Below, in pieces: positions 14,617-29,372 of a DNA stretch of 64,000 bases. The notes beneath the pieces are model-generated. The model had not been told where the DNA came from. It searched no databases and saw only the letters and a program-made list of their open reading frames with translations. The stretch is from the human T2T-CHM13v2.0 reference genome, Homo sapiens: NCBI RefSeq assembly GCF_009914755.1, contig NC_060936.1; one strand, given 5' to 3'. The number at the start of each line of letters is the position of its first letter. The stretch's first letter is position 1. A program made the position numbers and the translations under genes.

Positions 14617-15068
14617 AAAGCAAGTAACCTGGATGGAGTTGGAGGCCATTATTCTAAGTGAAGTAACTCAGGAATGGAAAACCACACATCGTATGTTCTC
14701 ACTTATCAGTGAAAGCTAAGCTATGCAGACACAAAGGCATAAGAATGATACAATAAACTTTGGGGATTTGGGGAGAAGGGTTGGTGAGGGGTGAGGTATA
14801 AAAGACTACACAGTGGGTATAGTGTACACTCTTTGGGTAATGGGTGCACAAAAATCTGAGAAGAGTTTCTTTTTTCTTTTTTTTTTTTTAGAAAAAGCAA
14901 GTCACACGTGGGGAAATAACATCATTTACACATTTCTAATCCTCCATTTTCTTTACATTGTTCTAAAATATAGAAATGTTTTCAGGGACTCTTTTTTTAA
15001 TTTGATATATACCCATTGAATGTTTTAAGAGTAGAATAACTTTTTTCTATATGTTTTATCTCTAATTG
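14617..15068. other. Complex locally templated insertion inside L1PB ORF2
   Basis: Fold-back at 14606-14624; inverted copy of ~13299-13531 at ~14624-14862; direct copy of ~11379-11588 at ~14862-15070; L1 resumes almost exactly where it broke. Confidence 0.9.
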
Positions 15069-18000
15069 GTGGGCTCTTTTTTGGTTCCATATGAATTTTA
15101 GGATTTTTTTCTTCTAGTTATATGAAGAATGATGGTGGTATTTAGATGGGAATGCATTGAATTTGTAGATTGCTTTTGGCGGTATGCTTATTTTCACAAT
15201 ATTGATTCTACCCATCCATGAGCATGAGATGAGTTTCTATTTGTTAGTGTCGTCTATGATTTCTTTCAGCAGTGTTTTGTAGCTTTCCTTGTGGAGGGTT
15301 TTCACCTCCTTGGTTAGGTGTACTCCTAGGTATTTTATTTTTTGTGCAGCTATTGTAAAAGTAGTCAAGTTCTTGATTGGATTCTCAGCTTGGTCACTAT
15401 TGGTGTATAGCAGTGCTACTGATTTGTGTACATTGATTTTGTATCCTGAAACTTTACTGAGTTCATTTTCAGATCTAGGAGCTTTTTGGATGAGTCCTTA
15501 GGGTTTTCTAGGTATCCAATCATATCACCAGTGAACAGTGACAGTTTGACTTTATCTTTACCTATTTGGATGTCCTTTATTTCTTTTTCTTATCTGATTG
15601 CTCTGGCTAGGACTATGTTGAATAAAAGTGGTGAAAGTGGACATCCTTGTCTTGTTCCAGTTCTCAGGGGGAAGAATGCTTTCAACTCCTCCCTGTTCAG
15701 TATAATGTTGGCTGTGGGTTTGTCATGAATGGCTTTTATTATCTTAAGGTATGTCCCTTCTATACTAATTTTGCTGAGGGTTTTAATCATAAAGTGATGA
15801 TAGATTTTGTCAAATGCTTTTTCTGAGACTATTGAGATGATTATGTGATTTTTGTTTTTAATTCTCTTTATGTGATGTATCACATTTATTGACTTCCATA
15901 TGTTAAGCCATCCCTGAATCCCTGGTATGAAGCACACTTGATCATGGTGGATTATCTTACTGATAAGCTGTTGGATTCAATTAGCTAGTAATTTATTGAG
16001 AATTTTTGCATCTATGTTCATCAAGGATATTGAACTGTAGTTTTCTTTTTTTATGTTATCTGGTTTTGAAATTAAGGTGATACTGGCTTGATAGAATGAT
16101 TTAGGGAGGATTCTCTCTTTCTGTACCTTTTGGAATAGTTTCTGTAGAATTGGTACCAATTCTTCTTTGTTTTATAAATTCAGCTGTGAATCCATCTGGT
16201 CCTGGACCTTTTTTTTTTGACAATTTTTTTTATTACCATTTCAAACTTGCTGCTTGTTATTGGTCTGTTTAGAGTTTCTATTTCTTTCTGGCTTAATCTA
16301 GGAGGGTTGTATATTTCCATGAATTTATCTATCTCCTCTAGGTCTTCTAGTTTCTGTGCATAAAGGTGTTCATAGTAGCCTTGGATGATCTTTTGCATTT
16401 CTGTGATATCAGTTATAATATCTCCCATTTTGTTTCTAATTGAGCTTATTTGGATCTTCTCTTTTCTTTTGTTGGTTAATCTTGCTAATGGTGTATCAAT
16501 TTTGTTTATCTTTTCAAAGAATCAGCTTTTTGTTTCACTTAACTTTTGTATGGTTTAGTTACACTTTCATTTAGTTCTGATCTTTGTTATTTCTTTTCTT
16601 CTGCTGGGTATGGGTTTGGTTTGTTCTTTTTTCTCTAAATACTTATGGTGTGACCTTAGATTGTCTATTCATGCTCTTTCAGACTTTTTAATGTAGGCAT
16701 TCAATGACATGAACTTTCCTCTTAGCACTACATTTGCTGTATCCCAGTGGTTTTGATAGGTTGTGTCACTATTATCATTCAGTTCAAACAATTTTTAAAT
16801 TTCCATCTGGATTTCATTGTTGACCCAACATGAATCATTCAGGAGCGGATTACTTAATTTCCATGTATTTGCATACTTTTGAGGGTTGTTTTTTTTTTTT
16901 TTTTTCAGTCGATGTGCAGTTTTATTCCACTGTGGTCAGAGAGAGTACTTGATATATTTTGATTTTCTTAAATTTATTGAGACTTGTTTTGTGGCCTATC
17001 ATATGGTCTATCTTGGAGAATGCTCCATATGCTGATGAATAGAATGTATATTGTGCAGTTTTTGGATAGAATGTTCTGTAAATATCTGTTAAGTCCATTT
17101 GTTCTGGGGTATAGTTTAAGTCCATTGTTTTTTTGTTGACTTTCTGTCTTAATGACCTGTCTAGTGCTGTCAGTGGAGTATTGAAGTCTTCCACTATTAT
17201 TGTGTGGCTGTCTGTCTCATTTCTTAGGTCTAGCAGTAATTGTTTAATAAATTTGGGATCTCCAGCATTAGGTGCATACACATTTAAGACTGTGATCTTT
17301 CTCTGTTGGACTAGTCTTTTTATCACTATATAATGTCCTTCTTCCTCCTTTTTTTAATTGTTGTTGCTTTAAAGTCTGTTTTGTCTGATATAAGAATAGC
17401 TATTTCTGCTTGCTTTTGGTGTCCATTTGCCTGGAATATCTTTTTCCACCCCTTTGCCTTAAGTTTATGTAAGTCCTTATGTGTTAGGTGAGTCTCTTGA
17501 AGACAGCAGATACTTGGTTGGTGACTTCTATCCATTCTGCCATTCTGCATATTTGAAGTGGAATATTTAACATTTAGGCCATATACATTCAATGCGAATA
17601 TTATTGAGATGTGAGGTACTATTCTATTCATCATGCTAGTTGGTGTCCCAATACCTTGATTTTTTTTTCATTGTATTATTGTTTTATAGTCCCTGTAAGA
17701 TTTATGCTTTAAAAAGTTTCTATTTTGGTGTAATTCAAGGTTTTGTGTCAAGATTTAGAATTTCTTTTAACAATCTTATAGTATTGGCTTGGTAGTAGCA
17801 AATTCTCTCAGCATTTGTTTGTCTAAAAAATGCTTTATCTTTCCTTCATTTATGAAGCTTAGTTTCACTGAATACAAAATTCTTGGCTGATTTTTTTTTT
17901 CATTTAAGAAGGCTAAAAATAGCACCCCAATCTCTTCTAGCTTGTATAGTTTCTGCTGAGAAATCTGATGTTAATCTGGTAAGTTACCTGATGCTTTTGC

Positions 18001-20574
18001 TTCACAGCTCTTAAGATGGCTTCTTTCATCTTGATTTTAGATAACCTGATGACTATGTGACTAGGCAATAATCTTTTTGCTATGAATTTCCCACTTTTTT
18101 TCTGAGGTTCTTGTATTTGGATATCTAGATCTCTAGCAAGACCATGAAAATTTTCCTCAATTATTTTATCAAATAAGTTTTCTAAAGTTTTAGATTTCTT
18201 CCTTGGGAACACCAATTATTCTTAGGTTTGGTCGTTTAACATAATCTCAAACTTCTTGGAGGCTCTATTAATTTTTTAAATTTTTTTCTTTGTTTTTGTC
18301 AGATTGAGTTAATTTGAAAGCCTTGTCTTGGAGCCCTGAATTTCTTTCTTCTACTTGTTCAATTCTATTGTTGATACTTTCCAGTGTATTTTGCATTTTT
18401 CTAAGTGCATCTTTCATTTCCAGAAGTTGTGATTGTTTTTTATTTATGATATCTATTTCTCTGGTGATTTTTCATTCATATTCTGTATTATTTTTTAAAT
18501 TTCTTTAAGTTTGTTTTCACCTTTCTCTGGTGTCTCCTAAAGTAGCTTAATAATTGACCTTCTGAATTCTTTTTCTGGCAATTCAGAGATTTCTTCTTGA
18601 TTTGGATCCCTTGCTGTTGAGACAGTGTGATATTTTGAGGGTGTTATGGAACCTTATTTTGTCATATTACCAGAATTATTTTTTCTGGTTCCTTCTCATT
18701 TGGGTATACTATGTCAGAGGAAAGATCTGGGACTCAAGGGCTGTTGTTCAGATTTTTTATCCCATGGGGTGATCCCTCGATGTGGCACTCTTCCCCTTCT
18801 CCTAGGGATAGGACTTCCTGAGAGAAAGACTGCAGTGACTGTTATTGCTCTTCTGGATCTAGCCATCCAGCAGAGCTACTGCGCTCTGGACCAGTATTGG
18901 ATAGTGTCTGCAAGGAGTACTGTGATGTGATCTGTCTTCAGGTCTCCCAGCCATGGATACCAGCACCTGCTGTGGTGGATGTAGCAAGGGAGTGAATTAA
19001 ATTCTGTGGGGTCCTTCACTGCAGTTTTCTTTAGTGCACTGGTTTTTCTGAACACTGATTATGCTAGCAGTGAAGCTGTCACATGGACAGACTCAGGACC
19101 TCTGGTTAGCCAGGATGTTATAGGCAGTGGAATTAGCTGGTGTATTTTTCTTCCTCGGAGCAGGGTTGTTCTAAGTTGTTATAATATCTTGAGTTAGTTG
19201 GCATCCAGCAAGGAGGTGGTGGTTTCAAGAGAATATCAGCTGCAGTAGTACAGGGGAGACAGAAGCTTGCCCTCAGGTCTCCTGAATAAGTATTGGGTTT
19301 CTCAGGCAATGGGTGGGGCCGTAGAGCTCCTACAAGCTTACGTCTTTTGTCTTTGCCTACCAGGGTAGGTAGAGAAAGACCATCAAGTGGGTGCAGGGTT
19401 AGGTGTGTCTGATCTCAGACTCTCCATGGGCAGGGCTTGCTGCAGCCACTGTGTGGTATGGGGATGTGGTTCTCAGGCCAATCGATTCATGTTACAAGGG
19501 GATTATGGCTGCCTCTGCTGCTTCATACAGGTCACCAGGTAAGTGGGGAAAGTTGGCAGTGACAAGCATCACCCAACACCTACACAGTCAACAGGCCAGT
19601 CTCATTCCTGCCATGCTCCCCCAACAGCCAACAGAGCCAAATTTACATCCAGGCCTTCAGTGTACAGGGCTGAGATCTTGTCCCAGGCTACAAGCCTTCC
19701 CTCTGAGAAAGCAGGCAGGGATTTCAGGCTTTGCCCCTCCCTGTCTGTTGTGCCTTCTGTGCTCATATCTGCACTTCCAATTTGCACCCCCACCATAGGA
19801 TTCTGCCCAGGAAATTAGCACTCAGTTGAAATTATTACAAAGTTCAACTGGAAGTCTCCTTCCCCTTGTGGCCCTTCCCCAATTCCATTGACTGCCTTCC
19901 CCAAGGACCCCTGTGAGATAAAGTCAGAAATGGCTTCCCTGGGGACTGGGAGTACCTCCAGGGTTCTTCCCACTGCTTCTTCTACTTTCGTATCTTGCTC
20001 TGTTCTCTAAATTTGTTTCAGCTCTAGGTGAGGTTAAATCCTTCTCCCATCATCTGGTTTTTCAGTTTCCCCAGTGAACAAGATGGACTTTACCCCTCCA
20101 AACTTGGGTACTGAGTTTTTTGTCTGTCTTATGGAGTTTACTGGCAACAAGCTACATCTTGTGAATTCTTTTGTTTTTTCTGGTACGTTCCTGTGGTGGT
20201 TCTTGAAGCAAAAGTTTACAATGTTAGTCTCCACACGCTGTTCTGTGTGTCCAAGTGGGAGCTGCAAGTTAGTCCTACCTCCTATCTGCCATTTTCCAGC
20301 AGTTAATTTTTGCTTAGCAGAAGTACAACACATTTTTTGGCTTAGACTAGGACCAAAAAATTGGGTTTTGGTTAAAACTGCTGCTCATTCTGTTACTCAA
20401 GGAATCCTGAAACCCTGCTCATTCTTCTTTTACTTCCGCCTCTCAGATCATAATTGTTGCATCAGTAGACAACTTAATAAACTTCCATGTTCTTTTGTAA
20501 AACCCCGAGAATTATTCTGTGAGATAGTCCCCATTTATGATTTACTGCTATTAATATTATTAGTCTTTGTTACT

Positions 20575-20646
20575 AATTATCATTATCCCCAGTTTACAGT
20601 TGAGGACACGGAACCTCAGAAAAATTAAGTGAAACTTCCCAAAGAT
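20575..20646 (-). mobile_element. MIR fragment
   Basis: attatccccagtttacagttgaggacacggaacctcagaaaaattaagtga core. Confidence 0.65.
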
Positions 20647-20744
20647 GCAGGGAAGCAGGAAGAAATAGTCTGGGGAAAAGATTCTTAGTTTTGGGCTTCA
20701 AAACCAGTGAAACAGGTTATGTGTTCTAGGTTCTTCTATTTCTT

Positions 20745-21310
20745 CATTTAGCTAATATTTATTGAGCATGTACTAAGTGGGAGGCACTATCCTAGGTGTG
20801 AAGAAAAAGATAAAAATCACTCCTCTGTGGAACTATCTACAGAGGCAGGCAAACAACAGACATAATACATAAAATTTTAATGTATTTTAGGCCCTGCCAA
20901 GAGAAGAATTAAGTCGAGAGAAAGAGAGGGACTTTTGAGACAGGGATGTACAATTTTAATTGATGTAGATGAGGAAGACTTGCTGAGAAAGTGAGGTTTC
21001 AGTAAGAGCATATGGAGATAAGAGAGCCAGTCAAGTGGGTAGCTGGGAAAAGAGCATTTTAGGCAGAGGTAACAGCATCTGCAGAATATCTGAGATGAAA
21101 AAAGTACAAAAGGGTGGTGTGGTGTCAGTGAAATAAGCAAGGAAGAAAGTAGTAGGAGATGAGATCACAGGTTTGTTCATTTGTCTGTTTACTTCCTTGT
21201 TTATTCGATGAATAACTCAATGAATTATTCAATGAATCTTACTGTGCTACCACGTTATTTACTAAGGCTAAACCGTAGGCAAAAGCAGACATGGTCCTTG
21301 CTGTCATGGA
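20745..21310 (-). mobile_element. L2 relic(s)
   Basis: aatatttattgagcatgtactaagtgggaggcactatcctaggtg and gagcattttaggcagaggtaacagc L2 motifs. Confidence 0.65.
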
Positions 21311-21481
21311 GTCACACTAAAAAGAAATGCAATGAAGTTTCCGGTAACACACATGACTTTGTAACTTCCTCCCTCAGAAAGCCTCATGCTTGGAATTGAA
21401 ACTGAATAGAGGTTGGATGGGCATGAGAGACAATGCAGACCTCTATTTATAAGTCCTGGAGGCCAGTGTTCTGTTCCTTCT

Positions 21482-21571
21482 GTTCAGATGGTGATAGTTA
21501 GCAATGTTTTGGGGAGAGACAAGGAGGTTCAGATGGTGATGGTTTGCAATGTTTTGGGGAGAGACAAGGTG
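21482..21571. repeat. 45-bp tandem duplication (3 mismatches)
   Basis: gttcagatggtgatagttagcaatgttttggggagagacaaggag followed by a near-identical copy. Confidence 0.92.
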
Positions 21572-21945
21572 GAGTGAGCAAGTGATTTTTTTTTTGTGTG
21601 TGTGTGTGTGTGCGTGCGTGCGTGCATGTGTTAAGCAACAGAAGATTTTCCTGCTAAATGTTTTCAGCTGACTGATGGGAGAAAATTCCTGAATGCATGG
21701 TTTATATTCACTTAAATTTTAGCTATATTGAAATATTCCTTAGTATAGAAAACCAATCTAGAACAAGAAGTCTGTCCATGAGGAAATCTTTGAAGGCATA
21801 CCCCCATCTCTTATACACTCAATCTATTCAGCTGCTCTTGGGTTAATGAAATCCAAGAGAAATTGAGCTCAGTCATGAGAAAACATGCCATGTCTTGGCT
21901 TTTAGGGGGTTCTGAAAGAAAGAAATAGATAAAAATCTGAACTAA

Positions 21946-23390
<1,445 letters not shown>

Positions 23391-23539
23391 CTAAACTAAT
23401 ATTTGAAGCACAGAGAAAGGAATGTATTAGGCCCTATCCCATTTATGGCAAACTTGTTTGAAATGTGCAGCAGAGACAAAGCCAAAAATTATTTGGTTCA
23501 GTTAGGCTCTTCCTAGTCAAATATTTATTTTCATGACTT

Positions 23540-23925
23540 GGAGGCTATATAGCCTGGGTTTGATCCCAGTTCCACTGCTTACTCACAATGTAACTTGGGC
23601 AACCTCTTTTTATTTTTTTTAAATAAAGAAATATATACATATAGAATTTACCATCTTTACCATTTGTAAGTGTACAGTTCAGTGGTAATAACTACCTTTA
23701 TATTATTTTCCCCTTCATCACCCCTTCTTTCCCTGTGCCAAATACCAGTATACTCACTATTTTTATGAGTTGACAACCTCTTTATGTCTCAATCTCCTCA
23801 ACTGTAAAAGGATGATAATAATCAAGTCTTTCTTATGGGGTGGTTGTAAGAATTAAATGAGCTAGTATGTATAAAGTTCTTGGAGTTGTTTGGCCATAGT
23901 GAGGACTTAATAAGTGTTAGTTAGA
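23540..23925 (+). mobile_element. MIR interrupted by an old L1M 3' fragment (minus strand, ~23610-23773)
   Basis: MIR motifs on both sides; TSD caacctcttt at 23600-23609 and 23774-23783. Confidence 0.7.
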
Positions 23926-24029
23926 ACTTAATTAGAGTTAACCAATTCTTGTGAAAATAGAAGTAGTAGGCAGGCACTAACACAAGCAGGAAGTCATTTA
24001 TGTGGTTTCCTCCTGAGGAATTAGGCCTT

Positions 24030-25265
24030 TTATAATTAGAAAATATCCTTCTTTAGCAATAGTATTTGCTGCAAATTCTTTGGTATTGATATTTGCATAG
24101 TGTATATCTTTCCCATTATTGTCTTATTTTCCATTTTTCTTAATTCTTATAGTTTGGATGTATTTCTGTTAAACAGCATATACTTGTGTTTTGATCTTTT
24201 GATCCAGATTGGCAATCTTTGTATTTGCCTTTCTTAAAAAGTTTATTTTATTCATAATTGACACATAATAATTGTACATATTTATGTGATACAGTGTGAT
24301 GTTTCCATGCATATATACATTACATAAAGATCAATTCAGGGTGATTAGCATATTCATCATTCTAAACATTATTTATTTGCTTTTTAATTGAATTATTTAC
24401 CCCATTATCATTTGATATAATCACTCATATATCTGAGTTGCAGCTACCATTATTGAGTAACTTCTATTTATTCCACCTGTTCTAGATTTATTTTCCCTCC
24501 TCTTTTGCCTTCTTTTGTATAGTTTTTATTAGTCCATTTTTTTTAGTTGACTTGGAAATTACACATTCTTTCACAAATTTTTTAATGTTTGTCTTAGTGC
24601 AGCAGTTCTGCAGCTTAATAATTCACTATTGTATATTATTTTGTTTTTGTTTACATTGCCTTATCTTCATGTTTGCCTGGTTATTTTTCATTGTATGCTG
24701 AATATATTTGCAAAATTATTTGTGGAGTGATTGTGAGACTGGGGCCATAATCTTTCCAGAGAAGAATTACATTTGCTTTTGCCAAGCATGCCTTAAACAT
24801 ATCTGCTCACCTCAATCTAATTTCAGGTATTAAAGTGATTCAGACTGAGCCCTGTGAGGGCTGTTCTACTTTTAATTCCCTCTTCCTCCTGGGGTGTAGC
24901 ACTTTGGGTTTATAATAGGAAATAAGAGAGATTTACCAGGGCTCCCCTTCTCAGCAATCCCTGGCTTACTATGGCAGAGTCTGCTGGGTTCTGCAAGGTC
25001 GTCAATGCACTTTTATCCACTGAGCCACTCCTCTAATGTTGATAATTGCCTCCATGGGTTAAGTGATTTCCAAGAGCCGACTAATCTCTGTTAGTCTTCA
25101 TCCTTCCTAAATTCTGGACAAGTAACTCTTCACTTTCTTGTTGGCTTTCCAATGCCTCCAAACATATCATCTTATATTTTGTTAAGTTCTTCAGTTTTCT
25201 TTTATGGGATGAGGGGAGGAGAAACTTAACGATATCACCTGATCTATTACTAAAACTGAAAGTCA
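24030..25265 (-). mobile_element. Ancient L1M relic with a nested L1MA 3' fragment (~24240-24375)
   Basis: T-rich L1M-like sequence (tgtatttctgttaaacagcatat, atctggcaatctttg-like motifs); aattgacacataataattgtacatatttat L1MA 3' end. Confidence 0.6.
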
Positions 25266-25460
25266 AGTTATGTGGATTCAACTTTACTGATGAATTTGGT
25301 ATTGATGAGTCATTCATAAAATTAATAATTGAAATTTATTATTGGTATTTTTCTGCCTGCATAGTACTTCTGCATTGCAATCATGCTTAGACTGTCTTCT
25401 TTCTAAACTTGCTTTCATCTAATACTTAAAATAGACATTAGCTAATTGTTACTTACAATT

Positions 25461-25580
25461 GGAATGATTACATTTTCCATTTTGCTTGGGATAGCTCTGA
25501 TTTACCCCGTTGTCCTGAATTCCTGTTGAGTTTATCCTGGAAATATGTCCTACTATGGACAATAAATTATATCATCACCC
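25461..25580 (-). mobile_element. hAT-Blackjack MITE relic (MER94/MER81-like)
   Basis: ggacaataaattatatcatcaccc resembles the reverse complement of the MER94 terminus agggtgaccatataatttattgtcc. Confidence 0.5.
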
Positions 25581-26344
25581 ACATAGAGTAATTATTCTTA
25601 TAATGGAAATTTACTTTTAACAAATAACTCCTAGATGTAAAGTCTTCAGGCTGTGAATGAATGACTCTCTAATGCAAGAATTTCAGCCATTGTGATAGGC
25701 AAAAAAGAGGATTCCTTGAAGCATAAAACATTTCTGAAATCCACTAAATCACATCAAGTTGCTAATAAATGTTAAAGTTTGGCATTGAAGAGGTATATAT
25801 AGATATAGCACTGCACTAATTTCTTCAACTTTCCCATCATAAAGATGAGACATAGAGATAGTAATGTGAAAGACTGACTATAATATTATCAGTTAGTATT
25901 GTAGTCCAGGGTCCTGAACTCTGAGAATCACATTAAAGTGATGGCACACACTACTACCTTTGAGATAAAAGAGTTGTTATAACAAGGAGGTCAAATAGGC
26001 ATCTAAAAAAATCTAGGTCTATTTTAAAACACTGCAATATTGGGATTTTATATTACCTAGTGTGCTCTTCAGTTTACCAACGAGATTTTTTAAGTTTTTT
26101 TCTATTACATTTTAAAGAAAAATTATATTATAATGAAAATTTTCTGATTTTGCCTAAAATTGAAACATGAAAATTGCATATCTTTTTCAATTTCTCCTAA
26201 CTTTTTTTCACTTCTTTACCATGAATAATTAAAATTTGACTAAAATGGAATGTGTCCTACACATACTGAATGTTTATCTAATAGTAATAGTGATGAGAAA
26301 GACAATGATGAATATAGATTTTCAGAGAATCAGATGGGTAATAC

Positions 26345-26530
26345 ATATAACATAGTGGTTAAGAGCATGGGGTTAAGAACATCATCTAGTCTTGGGATTA
26401 TGCTCACTTAAATATTTATTAATTGTGTGGCCCTGTTATTTCACTAAAAAAAAAAACTTAGTTTCCTTACCTATAAATGAAGACAATCCATATCTTATTA
26501 CACTGCTATGAAGGTTAAGTGCAATTATGC
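26345..26530 (+). mobile_element. MIR SINE
   Basis: catagtggttaagagcatgg...agtttccttacctataaatg core. Confidence 0.7.
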
Positions 26531-27142
26531 CTCCAGCAAGAATATAATAAACAGCAACTTTTAAACATTTTCAAAACATATTTTGAAATAAGTATTTTTA
26601 AAATAAATTTATTTGCTTAAAATTATCATTATTCTATTCCTGCTACAAAATATGAAATCTAATTATTTAATAAATAAGGCAGTAAGCACAAATGTATTTC
26701 TAGCTCTTTAATACTATCATTATCCTTCACAAAGCATAGAACAAAGCTTGCTCTATTTTTGAGATTATACTAGAGTCAAGACAAATTATAAAGAATGTAT
26801 GCTACGTACATAACATCTCCTAAGAGCAAAAACTTACATATTGTAACATATTTTGGTTAAAATGTACTGAGGTCCAAAAATCACTTAGGTTTTATTGGTT
26901 ATTCCATTAATAGGAATTATTGGCCTCTGCTAATTGCTGAATATCTATAAACACTTTCTGCATCAGTTTCTACTTGGTGTTTTGTGATTTAGTAAGAACA
27001 TTAACGTTATATTAGTAATAGCAAAATGGGCAAGGGTGACTCAGCATTCAATAAACAAGTCTTTCCTGCTGCAACAACCACTCCAGGCTAACCTCATCTA
27101 AAATTGCAACAGGCAAACAACTACAAAAACTTAAAATGAAAA

Positions 27143-27147
<5 letters not shown>

Positions 27148-27192
<45 letters not shown>
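27148..27192. repeat. (CA)~22 microsatellite
   Basis: Pure dinucleotide run. Confidence 0.97.
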
Positions 27193-27195
<3 letters not shown>

Positions 27196-27854
27196 CTAGC
27201 TCATAAACCCAGGCTAATACTCCTCCCTCTCCAGTTAACAAAGCATTTTTAAACGTAAAAGATTTGTGCATGCATATGAGGCTATCTTTGAATTATACCA
27301 CTGGACATAGAAATACTAGTTGAATAAATGTCAATAATTGTGATTGTCAGAAAAAGAAGAATTGTCTCCTTCACCTGGTAGGCCTGATAAGTCCATAAGA
27401 GATGTTGCTGAAAACCCAATGTCTGATGGCTATAAATAAGAAAAAACATTTCTGCTCTTGCAGCATATCCTAGGTAGAGCACCTTTACAATTGTGTAGTC
27501 CAACAGTCCCCACCTGACCCACCTATGGTAAATAACTAGAATGGCCCCATGTCTGAGGCCAGGTGGAGACTGTTCTCAAGCACTGAAATCCATTTAGTAC
27601 AGTTCTATGGTTTCTTTCTAGGATGAAATTTTGTGGCTATTCTAAAAGAGACAGACCAACCTCCAATGAATTTGTGCTTTCTCTTCAAAGCCCTAGTTTA
27701 AGTATGAATAGAGATAGTAGAGGAAGTTTTGAGTTATTTCCACATTAGTATTTCTTTAACAAGACTGACTGCTGTGGAATAATAATGTTAATATTTGAGT
27801 TATGAGAAAACTGGCCCATTTTATTAGCCTATTAACAACTTGCTTATCTGTTTT

Positions 27855-28100
27855 AGTTAACAAGCACATATAGCCCTTATACTTGGCCAGAAACTGTTTT
27901 AAGTGTGTTACATATATAAACTAATTTAATCCATGTGAGAAATCTATGTGGCAGATATATTATTGTCATCATCTCCCAGATGTGGAAACTGAGGAGTATT
28001 GATGTAAAGTAACTTTCCCAAGACCACCAGCTAATACATGGCAGTTGGGATATGAACTCAAGTAATGATTCCAGAGACTGGGTTCTTAATCATTATGCCA
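27855..28100 (-). mobile_element. MIR SINE
   Basis: atttaatcc...cagatgtggaaactgagg...aagtaactttcccaagacc core. Confidence 0.75.
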
Positions 28101-29067
28101 TCCTTGAAGGCACCAGCAGTGCTCTGTAAACTGTGCAATGTTGAGGTAACATTGCACAGTTACCTCAAATGGTTATGGTGGGTGAAATGGAGAATCAAAA
28201 ATTACCTGATACACCTTGACAATGTCTCCATCTGTCACTAATTTCAGTAACCTCAGAAAGGCTAAACCCTTAGTGAGACATCAACAGTACTACAGAAAAT
28301 AATTCTATTATGATCTGTAGACATTTTTAATCAACTTATATAAACAATTTTGTTTCATGTTATGAATATTTATCTTTACCTTCAGTATCATATAGTGATG
28401 TGAAACAGTTTTACTGAATAGGATCTCCTTAGACCATTACGTAGGTACAACGTGAATTATTTTAAAGTTACCATTAACAGCTTTTATCATAATTTCCCTT
28501 ATTCATAAGGGAATTCACTTAAAACCCATCTAAGAAGTCCTCAAAGCTATAATCTGGAGGCAGAGTGCTCTCAACAAGTTGATTTCATTTGTGAAATTTA
28601 ATCTCAAACAATAGTTGGACTGTCTGGCCAGACATTTGCCTTCGGTAATCTCACAAATCAATCATATGTTGTAATTGAAGTTGGGGGTTGAGATTTCTAA
28701 TCATGATAGTTGTTTAGATTATCCTGACTGTCGGCCAATGTGTCTGAGAATATTCAATTTGATTTCTTTCAAGATAGAATAAATGCATCTCAGTATATGA
28801 ATCTTAGAAACAGGCTGACCAAATCAACTCTCCTCACAATTACTCAAACAGCCTTTTCAAATATAGAGTATTTTAAAGTTGCAAAGCAAAGATTGCATTC
28901 AATTTGCAAGCATTCTTTGAAAATAAATTTACACTGCCTGATATTACCCAGTTTCTCTTTCTCTTTCTCTGTCTCTCTACCATCCTTCTCCCTGCCCTCA
29001 CCAGTTTTCTTTTAACAGGACCAAGAAGAGAACAGAAAATGCAATGTAAGTGTAAAATATGTTTGTC

Positions 29068-29372
29068 CCATCATTCTCAGCAAACACAGGAACAGAAAAC
29101 CAAAACACCACATGTTCTCACTCATAAGTGGGAGTTGAACAATGAGAACACATGGACACAGGGGTGGGGGGGAATATCACACACCGGAGCCTGTCAGAGT
29201 TGGGAGGCAAGGGGTGGGAGAGCATTAGGAGAAATACCTAATGTAGATGATGGGTTAATGGGTGCAGCAAACCACCGTGGCACGTGTATACCTATGTACA
29301 AACCTGCACGTTCTGCACATGTATCCCACAACTTAAAGTCTAAAAAAAAAAAGTCTAAAAACAAATAAAAAA
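29068..29372 (+). mobile_element. L1PA7/8-like 3' fragment with poly(A)
   Basis: catgttctcactcataagtgggagttgaacaatgagaacac...tacctaatgtagatgatgggttaatgggtgcagcaaaccac. Confidence 0.9.

Larger units (their letters stand above)
13236..20300 (-). mobile_element. Near full-length degenerate L1PB LINE-1, sense to TAFA2
   Basis: ORF2 fragments (EN: ICCLQETHLT, NVYAPN, DFNTPL; RT: [17 protein letters not shown]; LFNKWCW), ORF1 fragment (DLDIQIQE), L1PB-type 3' UTR and a 5' UTR homologous to the one at 57180; many stops and frameshifts. Confidence 0.95.

Noticed and set aside
20074-20628. 184-aa plus-strand ORF running antisense out of the L1PB 5' UTR (ORF0-like idea)
   Set aside because: Starts at GTG, crosses L1, unique and MIR sequence, has no recognisable domain, and ORF0 is described for L1PA-type 5' UTRs; most likely chance.
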